NCBI GenBank assembly: GCA_028534125.1
Contig: CM052816.1
Coordinates: 94,366,001 to 94,430,000 of the forward strand
DNA: 64,000 nucleotides
Reading direction: 5' to 3'
Source of the DNA: Lama glama
Taxonomy: Eukaryota
The translations under genes and the position numbers were made by a program. The notes under the pieces were generated by a model that worked only from the letters and a program-made list of their open reading frames with translations, made no database searches and was not told the DNA's origin. Positions within the stretch are counted from its first letter, which is position 1. Every line of letters starts with the position of its first letter. Positions 49,370 through 62,939 of the stretch are shown piece by piece.

Positions 49370-49837
49370 GTAACACTGTAAAAGCTCTTTGAACTTTTAA
49401 AGTCTCTGCCAGACTCTGCAGATTGGCCAGGTTCAATCACCTTCTCCCTTTCCAACTCTGCTATGAAAATGGAAAAGCTGAATTGTATCTTCCAGCCTCT
49501 TCTGTAGTGAGGTGTACCCTGAGGCACAGATCTGACGAATAAAAGCATAAAGCTACTGAGTTTTTTGAGACAGTTCTTGCTTTCCTGATAATGGAACTGC
49601 ACTGTCCTTCCCCACTGTCCTGGCCTCAAATGTGGACCAGTGCCTGGTACTGCAGCAGCCACTCATGGCCCTAAGTTGGCCAGCGACATGCCAGGAGGGA
49701 GAAGCTTGCGTCTTCAGCGTCCTTGAACCACGGCATAGAAGTAAATACCTCCAGACTCATCATGCAAGAAAAATAAACCTCTAGCGTTTAGACATTGTTA
49801 CTCAGACTGAACAGATGGGCACATCCCAGCAGATACA
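49370..49837 (+). mobile_element. Old ERVL/MaLR-class solo LTR (MLT1J/K- or LTR33-like)
   Basis: cttccagcctcttctgtag…aatgtggaccagtgcctggtactgcagcagcca…tacctccagactcatcatgcaagaaaaataaacctc…gcacatcccagcagataca terminus. Confidence 0.65.
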
Positions 49838-50237
49838 ACAATATGTAAATAAAAGTCATTGTTCGTGTTATTATAATTATTAGAAATACTTGAATGTCTC
49901 TAGTATCTGGGGAGAACCACAATTAAACTCTTGCAGAAAGATGTAATCTTTTCTTAAGCTTTTCACTGTAGGAGATTTTTCAGCCTCTGTTGGTAATGCT
50001 TCATGGCTTTCCTTCCTTAATAAGCTGAGGCACATTATTCCAGAAATGAAATACAGCTGATTACTCTCCCCTGAATATTTTCACGTTTTATCACTGGTGA
50101 ATCTACTCAACTTCCCTTAGGTTAAAAAAAAAAATCACCTGTTAAAACATATTTTTAATCATGTTAATATATTTTCTCTGCAGATATAAGAGTTATCATG
50201 TAGTGTCATAACTAATGTTCTAGAACGAGTGAAATAC

Positions 50238-50345
50238 AGAAATTTAGAGTTGGAAAGTCCTTAGAAATATTTAACTCTGTCTCTTTACTTTGAAGGTGTG
50301 GAAGTGGAGATTCCAAGAGGTTAATGGGAATCAGACAGTGAAGGT
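50238..50345 (-). mobile_element. MIR-family fragment
   Basis: cagaaatttagagttggaaagtccttagaaatatttaactc…gaagtggagattccaagaggttaa. Confidence 0.55.
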
Positions 50346-50984
50346 ATTTGAAGACCTTCAGGGCTTTTATGAAGCTATTGTTCTTTTTCTTTTTTTTTTT
50401 ATTTTTAGGGAGAGTCCCTTTTTAATTTATAGACTTTGTTATCATAAGTTGCTGCTAGTCTAAAAATACTGGCTTATAAAATGTGATTTCCGTAACAGAG
50501 AGCATGGAAAGAGAGCATTAAAACTTCTATTTATATTTAAGTTTGATCTAACAAATTTTTGACCTTTTAACATTTATCATGTACTGTGTCAGTCACAGAC
50601 CCTTTGCTCCCAGTTTGGGGCCCTGGTCCGTATTTGAGGCAAAGATAAAAAGAGAAGGGATGTCTTCCTGGACTACAGAGGCTGGAAAGATAAAAGTACA
50701 TTTTCCAGACTGCTTTTCGTTTAGAATTCCGGATTTTTTGGAGGTGTTTACCAGTTGGGTCAGTTACGTGACACTGGGAAGGCAGAGGTGAGATGGGAGT
50801 CGTCATTCCGCCTCTGTGTGGAGCTGGGGGATTTTCCGCAGGACTTTGCTGGGTTTGTGCGAATCAAGAGCAGGGGGGGTCTAGCGAACCTGCTCTGTTT
50901 CTGATGTCACACGTTGTCAAAGGTCACAGTGATGGAACGCCTGCTTCTCACCCTCTTATCATAGTAGCTGTCCTGGTGAATAAC

Positions 50985-51347
50985 TTCAAAAATAAAAAGA
51001 AGTGAGTTAGTAAATCTATACAACAACTGAATCTCAAAAGCATTATGTTAAGTGAAAGAAGACAGACATATGAAGCTACGTAATATATGATTCCACTTAC
51101 TACGCATTCACCAAAAGACAAAAATGTAGACAGAAGTCATGTAGTGGATATCTCAGCATTGGTGACAGGGGGCTGGTGACAAAGAGGCAGGAGAATTCCC
51201 TCTGGGAGGATAAAAGTATTTGATATCTTGATCATGGTGGTGCTTACACAACTCTGTACGTTTGTTAAAATTTCTTCAGCTTTGTACCAAAAATGGTGAA
51301 TTTTACTGAATGTAAATTTTGTATCAGTACACTTGACTTTTAAAAAG
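50985..51347 (+). mobile_element. L1 3'UTR (L1ME-like)
   Basis: gaatctcaaaagcattatgttaagtgaaagaagacagaca…atatgattccactta…atatcttgatcatggtggtgcttacaca…tgaattttactgaatgtaaatt. Confidence 0.85.
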
Positions 51348-51482
51348 TGTTTGGAGAACACAGGCCTTGAGGATGCACCCTCCTCATCTCTAGCCCCTGG
51401 CCTGCCCATGTTTTGTCACCGTGATTCAGATCATAGCAACGGAAATAGTTTCAGTTTCAGAATTTTGCTTTTTATTTTGCTT

Positions 51483-52010
51483 GTGGCCTAAAACCGCATG
51501 CACGTACGCGCTCACAGTTTCTGCGGGTCAGAAGTCCGTGCACGGCTTGACGGGCCCTCCGCTCACACTTCCACATGGCTGTTACAGAGCTGTCCGCTGG
51601 GCTGGGCTCTCAGCTGAGGGCTCCACTGAGGAAGACTCTGCCTCCATGTTCATTCAGGTCATTGGCAGAATTCATTTCCTCCTGCCTGTGGGTCTGAGGG
51701 TCCAGGCTACTTGCCAGCCAGTGAGAGGCCAGAGGCTGCCCTCAGCTCTCAGAGGCTGCCCCTGGTTCCTTGAAACTGCCCACAGTTCTGAGCCCTGTGG
51801 GCTTTCCCAGTGTGCCTGCTTATCTCCTCAAGCCAGCCAGGAGGGTCCCTTGACCAAGTCTGTTAGCAAAAGAGAGTCTTAGTAAAGTCATGTGATCACA
51901 GATACGACATCCCTTCCCTTTGCCCTGTTCTGTTGGCTGGAAGCAAGTCACATGTGCTGTCCATGAGCAAGAGGGGAGTACGAGATGGATGGGGTAAAGG
52001 TCAAGTGTGA
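51483..52010 (-). mobile_element. MaLR solo LTR (MLT1E/F-like)
   Basis: ctcacagtttctgcgggtcagaagtcc…ttcattcaggtcattggcagaattcatttcct…agaggctgccctcag…ttctgttggctggaagcaagtcaca. Confidence 0.85.
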
Positions 52011-55000
52011 CACAGCACTGCCGCACTTCCCTGGAGAGACGTCTACTCTTTCCAGAGACAAAGCTCAACTCAGATCTTTTTAAAATGGTATTTCAAGAGA
52101 ATCAAAATATACCTGTATGAATAAAGAGTAGAAGCTCCACGTTCATTCCTCTAGCTTGCTACTCAGATAAGTGTTTACATTTTCAGATGTTTCATGTGGA
52201 TAGTTTCTTTATATGACACATTTATATAAATGGGATAAGGCTACATTAACGGTTTTGCAGCGTATTGAATTATCCGTCTCATCTGCCTTTTTCTTTTTCT
52301 GTTTTATGCTGTTTCATCTTTTCTTTTTCTAATGATATTCTTAATATTCTTTGAGTAGAGATCTTGCCCACAATTTGCTCAAGAGTGAAATTGGGTGGGG
52401 AAGTAATTTTGGCTGGTGTGCTTCTCAGATACCTTCTCTTTGTCCATACAGCATCCTCTGGACTGGAGACGCAGCTCCAGGTGAGGGAGGGGACCATGCT
52501 GGCAGAGGGCCGGTGTGGGATTTTCCCCTTACAGGCATTTGACTGGCTATTTGGATACGGTTAATTTCTGTACCATTGACAAATGTCAGATCTTCAAATG
52601 CTTTTGTAATTTTCTTTTTCTTTCCCCTCTGGCTTCATCTCCAGTTTCTCTAGGTTCATTGTCAGAAAGGAGATCGTTGGTTGAGACACTGGGGATTCTC
52701 TTATTTAATTCCAGAGAAGTCTGCCTTCTGCTCTAGCTCCGGAGAGAAACACGTTGGCTTTGTGTGTCTTCAGTTGAGTTTCACTGGTTTGCGCTGCTGG
52801 TTTAGGTATTTTCCATTTTTACTCTGTGTGATTCTATCAGTTATTTTCCTTCATTCCAGCAGGTTCCAGTGAAGGGGATCAAGGAGATACACTTTACGTA
52901 GGCAGCCTTTCCCCCTTTCCTAACTCTGAGCCGCAACTAAACTGCAAAAACTGTATTGTAATTAGGCTGGACAGGAGGTCTCAAAGGAATAAGCTGAATG
53001 TATATTCATTCAGAAGTGAGCTTGAGTGCATTTGTCTTATTATAGGTTAAAGCCTAGGATGCATCCATTAGAGCTGATCTAAATGGACTTCTCTAACACC
53101 AGCACATTCCGTTCTAAACCTCAGTGGCCTCCGCTAATGTGTGCTGCTCTCTGGAAGCCAGAACTTGAGCTGCATCCCTGATGCTCAGGGCTGGGGTCCA
53201 GGAGCCCTCTGCATCTCTGCGTGACTGTGTGCCTTCCGCACGCTATCGCATGAGAACTGAGGGGCACTCATTCATATTTTCATCAGACCCATGTTCAAGT
53301 TAACCATCTGCTACTCTGTCATCTGTTTCTTGACCTAAGTGAAAAATGGTGTGTGTCACTTCAGTTCTCATTAGGTAGCATCTGTATTCTGAGAAGCCTT
53401 CTTAATTAATCTTCATGTAGTGAGTGTCGGCCAAGGCCATGCATGGAATCGTTCTGAAGTGTGAGCTTTCTTCACACTTTGTAGGTGGCCCTTTGAGGTC
53501 AAGCCCGAACAAGATTGACAGGATGGATGCTCCTGAGACTTCTTAGATAATTAATTTCAAAGACGTTTGACGACATCTAGTCTTTGAGTCATTGCTATTA
53601 AAACAGCATGTTGAAATTTTTGATTCAGAAATCATTTTCTTTCTTCTTTTCTCTCCTCCTCATGAAAAACGCAAAAACTGTAGGATTGTGGGCTAATGAT
53701 GCTTTGAGATGAAGATTCCAGTACAAGTACTAAGATACTATATATTGTCTTTTAAGATTCTACAAGAATCCCTCAGACAAGAGATGATTCTTTTAATTTT
53801 CTCTCTCCAGAAAAATATTCCTTCACTGCTTCTTAACTATTTCAGTTACTAATTGGTTCTGATCAAAGACAACTTGGTTTTAATCAAAGTGTACTTTATA
53901 GCTTTATTCCAAAGTCTAATTCTTTGGCAAATATACAAGATATTCAGATACATAATTCAAAGCCAGTTTTTTTTTCTAAAAATTACCTTTTTCAGACACA
54001 AAACACTGGAAGTCATGTTTATTTATTTGCTAAACATTTCTGTGCATTTTTCAACCTACAGAAAACAGAGGATAGAAACAATGTTTTATTCTACTCTAAA
54101 TACTTGAGCCAACAAAAATGAACCTTGAGCGTAGCAACTGCTCAATAAACATTAGAACAAGGGGGAAGATTTTGTTTCAATATATGCTTGATGTTGGCAG
54201 GAGCTGTAACTTGACAGTGCCACACGGAATTGTCTGTGTGGTCTCTGTGTGAAACGCTGACTCTACAAAACTCAGGCAAGGTGCGAGGGTGTTGCTTCCA
54301 GTAAACAGTGTGGTCCAGGTACCTCTCAGGTTTTCTGATTGCAAAGACACTGTTTTCCTGCTGGAGAAATCCACCCAACAGATCAAACCCCTTTGGTTAG
54401 TTGCCATCCCCTGATTCAAAGGTAGCAAAATGATAGCACAAATTATGTATTTTGTTTGGAGCAGGTTAAGATTTTCTTTAAAAATTAGTTGCCAACTACT
54501 ATTTTTTTACAGATTTTTTTTTCTTTTAAGCATACGGAAGATTGAAACATTTTTCTTAGGAGTGATTGACTATAGCTTGACTATCTCTTATCCCCATTGG
54601 ATGGAGCTAGCAGATTTTAGCCACCTCTGGCTCCAGCCAGCCTACCGCAGTCATATGTACTACCTGCCCACTCTCATAGGAATTTGCCTTTATTGTCCTT
54701 GAATACTTCAGCCTAAATTTGTCTGTGGCACGTTTCTCCTGTTGCCACGTTTTGGAGGTAACTTTGTGACTGAAGTTGACATGATCAGGTACCCAGCCTC
54801 TCCTCTGACATAAGTAGGGAGCCTGGTTGTCTGGCTCATGTGGGTCATCAGTCAGGTCTCCTTTGCATCTGCAGAGAGCAGAGCAAGAAGAAATGGAAGA
54901 AAGTAAACCCAGGAAAGAGGGATTCAGTACCTCTGAGTTAGAGAGAGAGAAACTCAGTTAACCACCTGGTGTATTTGAAGAGTGCCCAAGGAAAGGCCTC

Positions 55001-57650
55001 CCTGTATGAAGGGATTATAGTCACATCTAAGCAGAAGTCAGAGGAAGCCTTCCCCTTGAATTGTCACCTCCGGGATCCAATACAGCAGTCCCTGACCTTA
55101 GGAGAGTGGCTTGGGGATGATGACATGAAGTTATCTTTGCAGGTATGTGTGGAAGGAGGACGAGAAGAGAAGTGACAGAGGTGGTGGGTAGAAGCATCGA
55201 GTGATGTGGAAACAGTAGAGCTCAGCTGGTCACAGAGAATAGCTCATGTTAACACCTAGCATCTTGGCAAGAAATACAGTAAAACAAGTACTGTCTGATG
55301 CCTCCTTGTATTTTATGTAACTCTTGCTTTGTGGATTGGGGAAGCCAATGTATAGATGTGAGCTTGAAACTGACTTTAAATAGTGTCCATCAAAACAAGA
55401 AAATAAACTGGGAGCTACATTCAGACCCCAGGAGACTGAGAGCTATGTCAGTTATCCATTACCAAAATAATGCTGTGTAACAAACAACCACAAAACTCCA
55501 GAGGCAGGCCAAGCCCAGGGAAGAGTGGAAGGGCACTGCAAAATTTATTCTCCTTAAATTTCTGTTAATTTAAGCTGCTAAGTTTTTTAGGATATTCTTA
55601 CTGTAGCATAACCCCCCCCCCATCTACCTTGACTGATGAAATTATTAGATATTTTCCTGACATTAGTTTTATGTGATGGATGAAAAATATACAAATGACA
55701 GATATGTATGTTTATACATTTTACCAGACTTTCTGATGGAAATTCTATACTGGTACTGTAGGGGACTTATATAAAGGAGTATGCCAAAACACTCCTTCCT
55801 CTCTTGTGCTTTCTTATTCTTTCATCTTTATATTCATGTACAGGTTTTTTTAAGATGAATTTTAATACGCAGATTATGTTGTAGTAAGTGAAGTGGGTAA
55901 AATTGTGTCCTTAAACTTTGTCATCACAGATATAGTCACATATAAAACTTACCAGTAGCAATTCAGTGTCTCATAATTCCAGCAGTTTAGTTTAAAGTAA
56001 AATAAATATAAATATTGACTGTATAGAAATCCTTTGAGACATTTAAGTAATTACTTTTGTGCATGATGCCTGTTGGCTGACTTTGATATTATCATTAAGC
56101 TGTCAATTAAGTTCAGTTTGGATTTATTTATACTTCACACAGTTTTATCTTGAGCATTTAGCTACCAGTTCCCTGTGTCTATCCAGCGTACTGGTTGAAA
56201 TGCTGCCATCATCTCTGACCTCCGATAATGGAGATCCTCACATAGAAAATTCCTAGCTAATAGTATACAGCTAGGGGGGAAATCTTAGGAGATTTGTTCA
56301 TGGAGAGGAAGCTCTTATTAAAGAAGAAATAGACACTCAGAAGGCCTGTTGTGCCTTCAAATAAAGAGGAGAAATATCTACTTGTGGCTCAAGTTTATCT
56401 TAGAAGCCCCCTTTCAGAATTTTGACAGCTCAGCTAGGCACCATAGATGATTATTCTATGCAGAATGGTCTTGGGTGATCATGGAATATTTAACCAAAAT
56501 GAACATCTCTTGAATGAAGCAACTGCTACTTGATTAAGTATGATATTAAGGAAACAAAGATAGTTTTTGAGAGTAATCCAGAATTCACACTGATTCTGCC
56601 TTAAGTATTCCTTCAACAGAGTAAACTTATATTGTAGCCTCAGTCCTCCAAGTAGATCAACTTTTTTTTAACAACAGGTAAACCACTTGTTTTAAAAAGG
56701 CCTTTCTTTCTCTTTAGCTCATTGTTCATTAAGACTCCTATTTCAGGATCTATCTCCTTTTTTTTTTTTAAGCTTTCTGTTGAATATTTTAGAAATTCAT
56801 GATATCTGAGCGTATTCTCTCTAGTGTAATTTTCTGCTCAGCTGGCGTCTGCATTGACTGTTGGCCTCAGTGAGTGGACAGGTAACAGGAAAAGGATGCC
56901 AGTGCAAGAGGAGGACACAAAATACAACTGTGTCGTGCAACCTAGAAGCTCACAATTGTGCATCACTATGTGACAAATTTTTATCATAGGTTATTTCCCA
57001 AGTCACACTTAATAGAAACCAAATGAGGGTTTAATTCGTAAGTCATTCATCTCACAATAAACTGTAAGCTCCTTAATGTCAGGGGCCATCACCTTCAGTA
57101 ATTAAATCTTTGATCAAAAATTAATTTTCAGTAAATATTGAAGTGATTGTAAATATAGATACATGTACACATACTCAAACATTTTTAAACCCAGCGTATA
57201 AGTGATTTGAACAGAGCCTCTGAGATCGGTAAAATGGGGTTTCTGCAGAAGCACCTAACTCTCTGGGCCATAACAGAATGAAACTAGACCAAAGAGGGAA
57301 ACCTTTCTCTAGGAATTTGATTAAATTTATGGTCTGGTGCATTTTACTCATTTCATACTCACTCATAATTTCTAACTTCACAAAGAACTAATTAAATTTT
57401 TATTTAAGAAAGTATTTTTATTTTGGAAAGAAGCTTGTGGGCTATGTGTTAAGTTCATGTGGCACGAATTTATAGAGATGCCAACAAGAGAAAGGAGAAG
57501 AGGGCCAATTTATTTTTTGGGAGGCTCTTCCTTCTCCTCTTGTCTTTTTAATATTTTATTTTTCTCTTGGCCCTTTTCTGTCTCTTGCACTGTATCTTTG
57601 AAGAATATTTTCCTTCCCCTTGTTTTTGCTTACATTGCTGAAAATTTGCA

Positions 57651-57775
57651 ATTTGGGGGGGGTCAGGGAGGTAATTAGGTTTATTTGTTTATTTTTAGAG
57701 GAGGGACTGGGGATTGAACCCAGGACCTCATGCATGCTAACCATGTGCTCTACCACTTGAGCTATCCCCTTCCCC
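57651..57775 (-). mobile_element. tRNA-derived SINE, camelid Vic-1 type (long form)
   Basis: Minus strand reads ggggaaggggatagctcaagtggtagagcacatggttagcatgcatgaggtcctgggttcaatccccagtccctcctctaaaaataaacaaataaacctaattacctccc. A and B boxes are present. TSD aatttgca at 57643-57650 and 57776-57783. Confidence 0.92.
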
Positions 57776-57814
57776 AATTTGCAGATGTTTTGCCAGGTAC
57801 TTTTCTTCTGTGAT

Positions 57815-58225
57815 TTAGACTATTTTGTTCAACTGCTTATGCCCCAGGGACATCTTAAGATGGACAGGCCTGTAACTAATCTCATTTTCCCCTCAACCTA
57901 ATCTTCTCTTGTCATCCTCAATCTAAATCCTCAAATAACTCAGTCATCCTGCCTGTTCTCTAGCAAAAGCCCCAGGGCCATGCCATGTGCCTTCCTTCTT
58001 TGCACACAGCCAATTAATTACCAAGCCCTCATTCTTCTCTCTCACCTCTAATATCTGCTCCCCTCCATCCCTGTCTCTATGTAGTTCGTGCTTTTGTGAC
58101 TCCCTGCTTTCTACTTTGTTTCCTGATGGGCTTTGGCCTCTACTCTGATTTATTCCAACCTGTCCATGCAGTGACGGAGCCATGTTTCTGAAATGCAAAC
58201 CCGACAGTGTCATCCTGGTTCTTGA
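57815..58225 (+). mobile_element. L2 internal fragment
   Basis: ttcaactgctta…gacatcttaaga…ccaattaattaccaagccct…atgtttctgaaatgcaaacccgacagtgtcatcct. Confidence 0.65.
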
Positions 58226-58317
58226 TATTACGATTGAGTGTGACAAACCTATTCGGAGATGTTCATTGATAAGTATTGACGTGGTCAGTGGCAGTTTTTT
58301 AAAGTTTGTTCTCTTTT

Positions 58318-61300
58318 TAAAATAATAACTACACACTTCTAAATGATACATGGGTCAAAGAAGAAATCTCAAGAAAAATTTTAAAGTATTTTTAACTAAA
58401 TGAAAATGAAAGCACAACTTATGAAAATTTATGAGATGCGGCAAAAGTAGTGCTTTGAGGGAAATTTATAGCATTGAATGCATACATTAGAAGTGAAGAA
58501 AGATCTAAAATAAGTAATCTAAGTTTCTACCTAAGGAAACTATAAAAAGAACAAATTAGATCAAAGTCAGCAAAATAAAATAAATAATAAGAATTAGAAC
58601 AAAAATCAATAAAGTTAAAAACAGGAAATCAGTAGAAAAAAATCAACAAAACCAAAACTGGTGTTCTTTGTAAAGTTCAGTAACACCAGTATGCCTCTAG
58701 CCAGAATAACTAAGAAAAAAAGAGAAAGGATACAAACTGCTAATACCAGAAATGAAAGAGGGGACATCTCTACAAATCCGACAGAAATAAAAATGATAAT
58801 AAAAGAATACTGTGGACAACTCTGTGCCCCCAAATCTGATAACCTGGATGAAATGGACCAATTCCTTGAAAGACTCAACGTACCAAATCTCACAAGAAGA
58901 AAAAGAAGAACCAGACAGGCTTACATCTATTAAAGAAGTGAACTGATAACAAGTAACCTTTCAAAACAGAAAGTGCCAGACCCAGATGGGTTCATTGGTG
59001 AATTCTACCAAGTATTTAAGGAAGAAATTGTAGTAATTATCTCTGATCTTTTTCAAAGGGTAGAAGCAGAAGGAATACTTTCTCATTCTATGAAGCCAGC
59101 ATTGTTCAAATACCATAAGCAGACAAAGACATTACAGGAAAAGAAAACTGCCAAATTTGGCAGAAAAGACCATGATCTCTCATGAACAGATGTAAAAATA
59201 CTTAGCAAAATATTAGCGATATTCCATAAAAGTATGTAAAGGATCATACACCATGGCCAAGTGGAATTCATCCCAGTTATGCAAGCTGGTTCAGCATTAG
59301 AAAATCAATTAATGTAGTCTATTACATTAACAGACTGAAAAGGAAAATTATATCAATAGATACAGACAAAGCATTTGACAAAATCCAACACCCATTCATA
59401 AGAAACTATCAGTAACGTAGGAGTAGAAGAGAACTTACTCAAATTGATAAAGCCTGTCCACAAAAACCCTGCAACTTACATCATAGTTAATAGTGAGAAA
59501 CTGGAAGCTTCCCCACTAGATACTAGATACTAGATACAAGACAAGGATGCCTGCTCTCACCACTCCTTTTGAACATTGTACTAGAAGCCCTTGCTAACTC
59601 AATAAGGCAAGAAAAGGAAATAAAAGGTAGACAGATTGGTAAAAATGTCTTTGTTCACAAGTGACATGATCATGCATGTAGAAAATCTGGAAGAATCCAC
59701 AAAAAAATCTCCTGGAACTCAAAAGTGATTGTAGTAAGGTTTCAGGATACAGGTTCACATATAAGAGTCAACTGCTTTCCTGTATAGGAACAGCAACAAA
59801 GTGGAATTAGAAATGTAAAACACAGCGCCATCTCCATTAGCACCCAGACAGAAAGAAATGCTTAGGTATAAGTCTGACAAAATATGTGCATCATATAGAT
59901 GAAGAAAACCACAAAACCTGATGAGCAAAATCAAAGAAGTAAATAAGTGGAGAGGTAGTCCCTGTTCATGGATAGGAAGACTCAATATTGTCGAGATGTC
60001 AGCTGTTCCCAACTTGACAGGTAGATTTGATTCAATCTCAGTCTAAACCGGACTAAGTTATTTTGTGGTTATTGACAAACTGATTCTACACTTTATAAGG
60101 AGAGACAAAAGACCGGAAGAACCAACACAGTATTGCAGAAGAACGAAGTTGGAAGACTGACACTATCTGAATTCAAGACTTACCATAAAGCTATTGTAAT
60201 CAAGACAGTGTCGTATTAGTGGAAAAACAGACAGACAGATCAGTGGATCAGAATAGAGAGCCCAGAAATAGACCCTCATAGATAGAGTCAGCTGATCTTT
60301 AAGAGAAGCAGAGGCAACACGAGGAAGCAAAAATAGTTTCTTCAGCAAATGCTGCTGGAACAACTAGATACCCACGTGCAAAAAAAAAAAATCAAGATAC
60401 ACACCTTACACTCTTCACAAAAATTTACTCAAAATGGCTCAGAGACCTAAATGTAAAATGCCAGCTATAAAACTCCTCAAGATAACATAGAAAACCAGGA
60501 TAACTTTGCTTTTTAGATACAACACCAAAGACATGATCCATGAAAGAATGATTGATAAGCTAGACTTCATTAAAATTTAAAACTTCTGTTCTGCGATAAA
60601 CATTATCAAGAGAATTTAAAGACAAGCTACAGACTGGAAGAACCTATTTGCAAGAGATGTGTCTGGTAAAGGATTGTTCTCCAAAATATTCAAAGAACGC
60701 TTACAAACTCAAGAGTAAGAAGCCAAATAGTCCAATTTAAGAAATGGGCCAAAAACAATAGACCCTTCACCTAAGAAGACGTACAAATGGGGAACAGCAT
60801 ATGAAAAGGTGCCCCACAACATGTGTCATTTGTGCAAATTAAAATGACAACGAGCTACTGCTACACACCTATCGGAATGGCCAAAGCCTGGGACACTGAT
60901 GACACCAAATGCTGGCAAGGATGTGGAGCAACAGGACCTCTTGTACATTGCTAGCAGGGTCACAAAATGGGACAGCTTCTTTGGAAGGCATTTTGATAAT
61001 TTCTTACAAAACTAAACACACTCTTACCATAGAAGCCAGCAGTCACACTTCTTGGCATTTACCCAGAAGTGCTGAAAACTTATGTCCACACAAATAAAGC
61101 TAAACATGCATGTTTATTGTACCTTTATTCATAATTGCCAAAACTGGATGCATCAAACTGTCCTTCACAGGTGAGTGGATAGATAAGCTGTGGTACATCC
61201 AGACAGTGGAGTATTATTATTCAGCACTAAAAAGAATTTAGCTGTCAAGCCATGAAAAGACAAGGAGGAAACTTAAATGCCTGTTTCCAAGTGAAAGAGG

Positions 61301-61748
61301 CCAATCTGAGAAGGCTGTACTGTATGATTTCTAACTATATGACATCCTGGAAAAAGCAAAACTGTAGAGACAATATGAAGCTCAGTGGTTGCTTGGGACA
61401 AGGGCTGGAGAGAGAAGAACAAGGAGACCACAGGGAGTTTTTAGGGAAGCGAAAATACTCTGAATGATACTATAGTGATAAAACTCTGTCCTTACACTTT
61501 TGTCTAAACGCATGGAATGGATACCACCAATGGTGGGTAGTAATGTAAGCTGTGAAGTTTGGGTGACTGTGGCTTGTCAGCATAGGTTCATCCTTGGTAA
61601 AGAATGGACTATTCTAGCGAGTGATTTGATAATGAAGGATGTGTAGTGGTAGAGGGTATATGGAAAAATCTGTGGCCCTTCCTCTCAACTTTGTTGTAAA
61701 TCTAAAACTGCTCTTTGAACATGAAGTCTTAAAAAATAAAAGATAAAA
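58318..61748 (+). mobile_element. 5'-truncated L1 (~3.4 kb, L1MC1/2-like 3'UTR), ORF2 disrupted by many stops and frameshifts
   Basis: ORF2 relics PLARITKKKRERIQ…NERGDIST…[58 protein letters not shown], and a degenerate F(A)DD motif (ttgttcacaagtgacatg). L1MC-type 3'UTR ends …tgtaaatctaaaactgctct…aaaaaataaaa. Confidence 0.95.
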
Positions 61749-61865
61749 GGGTGATTAGCTAGCTAGCTAGAGATCATTATATATGTGTGTATGTATCTGT
61801 AGAAATTATATATGTAGTTAACTAAAGCATAAATTATAGTATATTTAACCACGTTTTTCCAGTGT

Positions 61866-62387
61866 TATTTTTTAATTTTTTTCTTTTAGTTTTATTGAGC
61901 TGTAACTAACGTGCAGCGCTGTGTAAGTTTAAGGGCTGCAGCGTAATGATTCAGACTTACATATATCATGAAATGATGACCACAGTACGGTTAGGGAACA
62001 TCCATCATCTCCTATAGGTACAAAATTAAAGAAATAAAAAAAAAATTTCCTTGTGATGAGAATGCTTAGGATTTATCCTCTTAATAACTTTTATGTATAA
62101 CATACAGCACTGCTTATTGTGTTTATGATGTATATTATATCCATAGTACTTATTTATCTTATACTGGAAATTTGTGACTTTTGACTACCTTCATCCAGTT
62201 CCCCCTCTCTCTACTCCCAGCCTTTGGCAATCATAAATCTGGTCTCTTTTTCTATGAGTTTGTGTGTTTATTTTTGAAGTTTAATTGAAATATAATTGAC
62301 CTGCAACACTGTGTTAGTTCCTGGTGCACAACATAGTGACTTGATATTTCTGTACATTTCAAAGTGATCGCCACGATAAGTCTAGTT
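61866..62387 (-). mobile_element. L1/HAL1-type 3' end (cetartiodactyl-type, bipartite 3'UTR)
   Basis: Poly-T then ttttattgagctgtaactaac…gtaagtttaagg…ttccttgtgatgagaatgcttaggattta…, followed by a second related module tataattgacctgcaacactgtgttagttcctggtgcacaacatagtga. Confidence 0.85.
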
Positions 62388-62939
62388 TAATTACTTTTAA
62401 TAATAGCATGCTAATATTTTGGCAATAGGTGAAAGATAGGAATGTGTCTGTTGATACGAATTATGCTTGAATAATTGTCATATTTATAGTTTAGAATACA
62501 TGACAGACTATATTTATAAACTCACTAAAACTTTAATTTTCCAAAAATAATCTCCATAATGGGTTGCATTTGACTGTTCTTACTATAAACTTTGCTGTGA
62601 TAACTAGGTCCATTTGTCAGCTTGTGAAATGTTTTAAATGTGTTTATGTAGGATTCAGCTGGATGAGAAAGAAAAAGGTCTTCCTATTTAAATTCAGCCC
62701 CTTATTTCCAGTGCTCCGTGGAGAGGGAAATGCAAGCCCAACACAAAAAGAAGTGTGTAATTTGGTTTAGAATAATGTATTCTTTTAATATAAGAGGTAC
62801 GATGATTAATCCTCGGCATCAAGTTGATTTCATAGAGAGTTAGGCTGGGGGTCATTGGGAGCTTTTGAACAGCTTCCTAAATGGGATCTGACAGTCTCTC
62901 TTTCTCTACAGCATTTATCCTGATTTTAACCGCTAGTGT

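Noticed and set aside
51421..51882. 153-aa plus-strand ORF
   Set aside because: Almost entirely within an antisense MLT1 LTR.
53790..53815. Strong-looking acceptor ttttaattttctctctccag
   Set aside because: No suitable downstream donor or coding frame found; such pseudo-acceptors are common in long introns.
57700..57775. tRNA-like sequence with A and B boxes (also 7410-7475)
   Set aside because: It has a SINE tail and TSDs, so it is a tRNA-derived SINE rather than a tRNA gene.
59515..59537. (ACTAGAT)3 inside the L1 RT region
   Set aside because: Simple post-insertion slippage in a dead L1.
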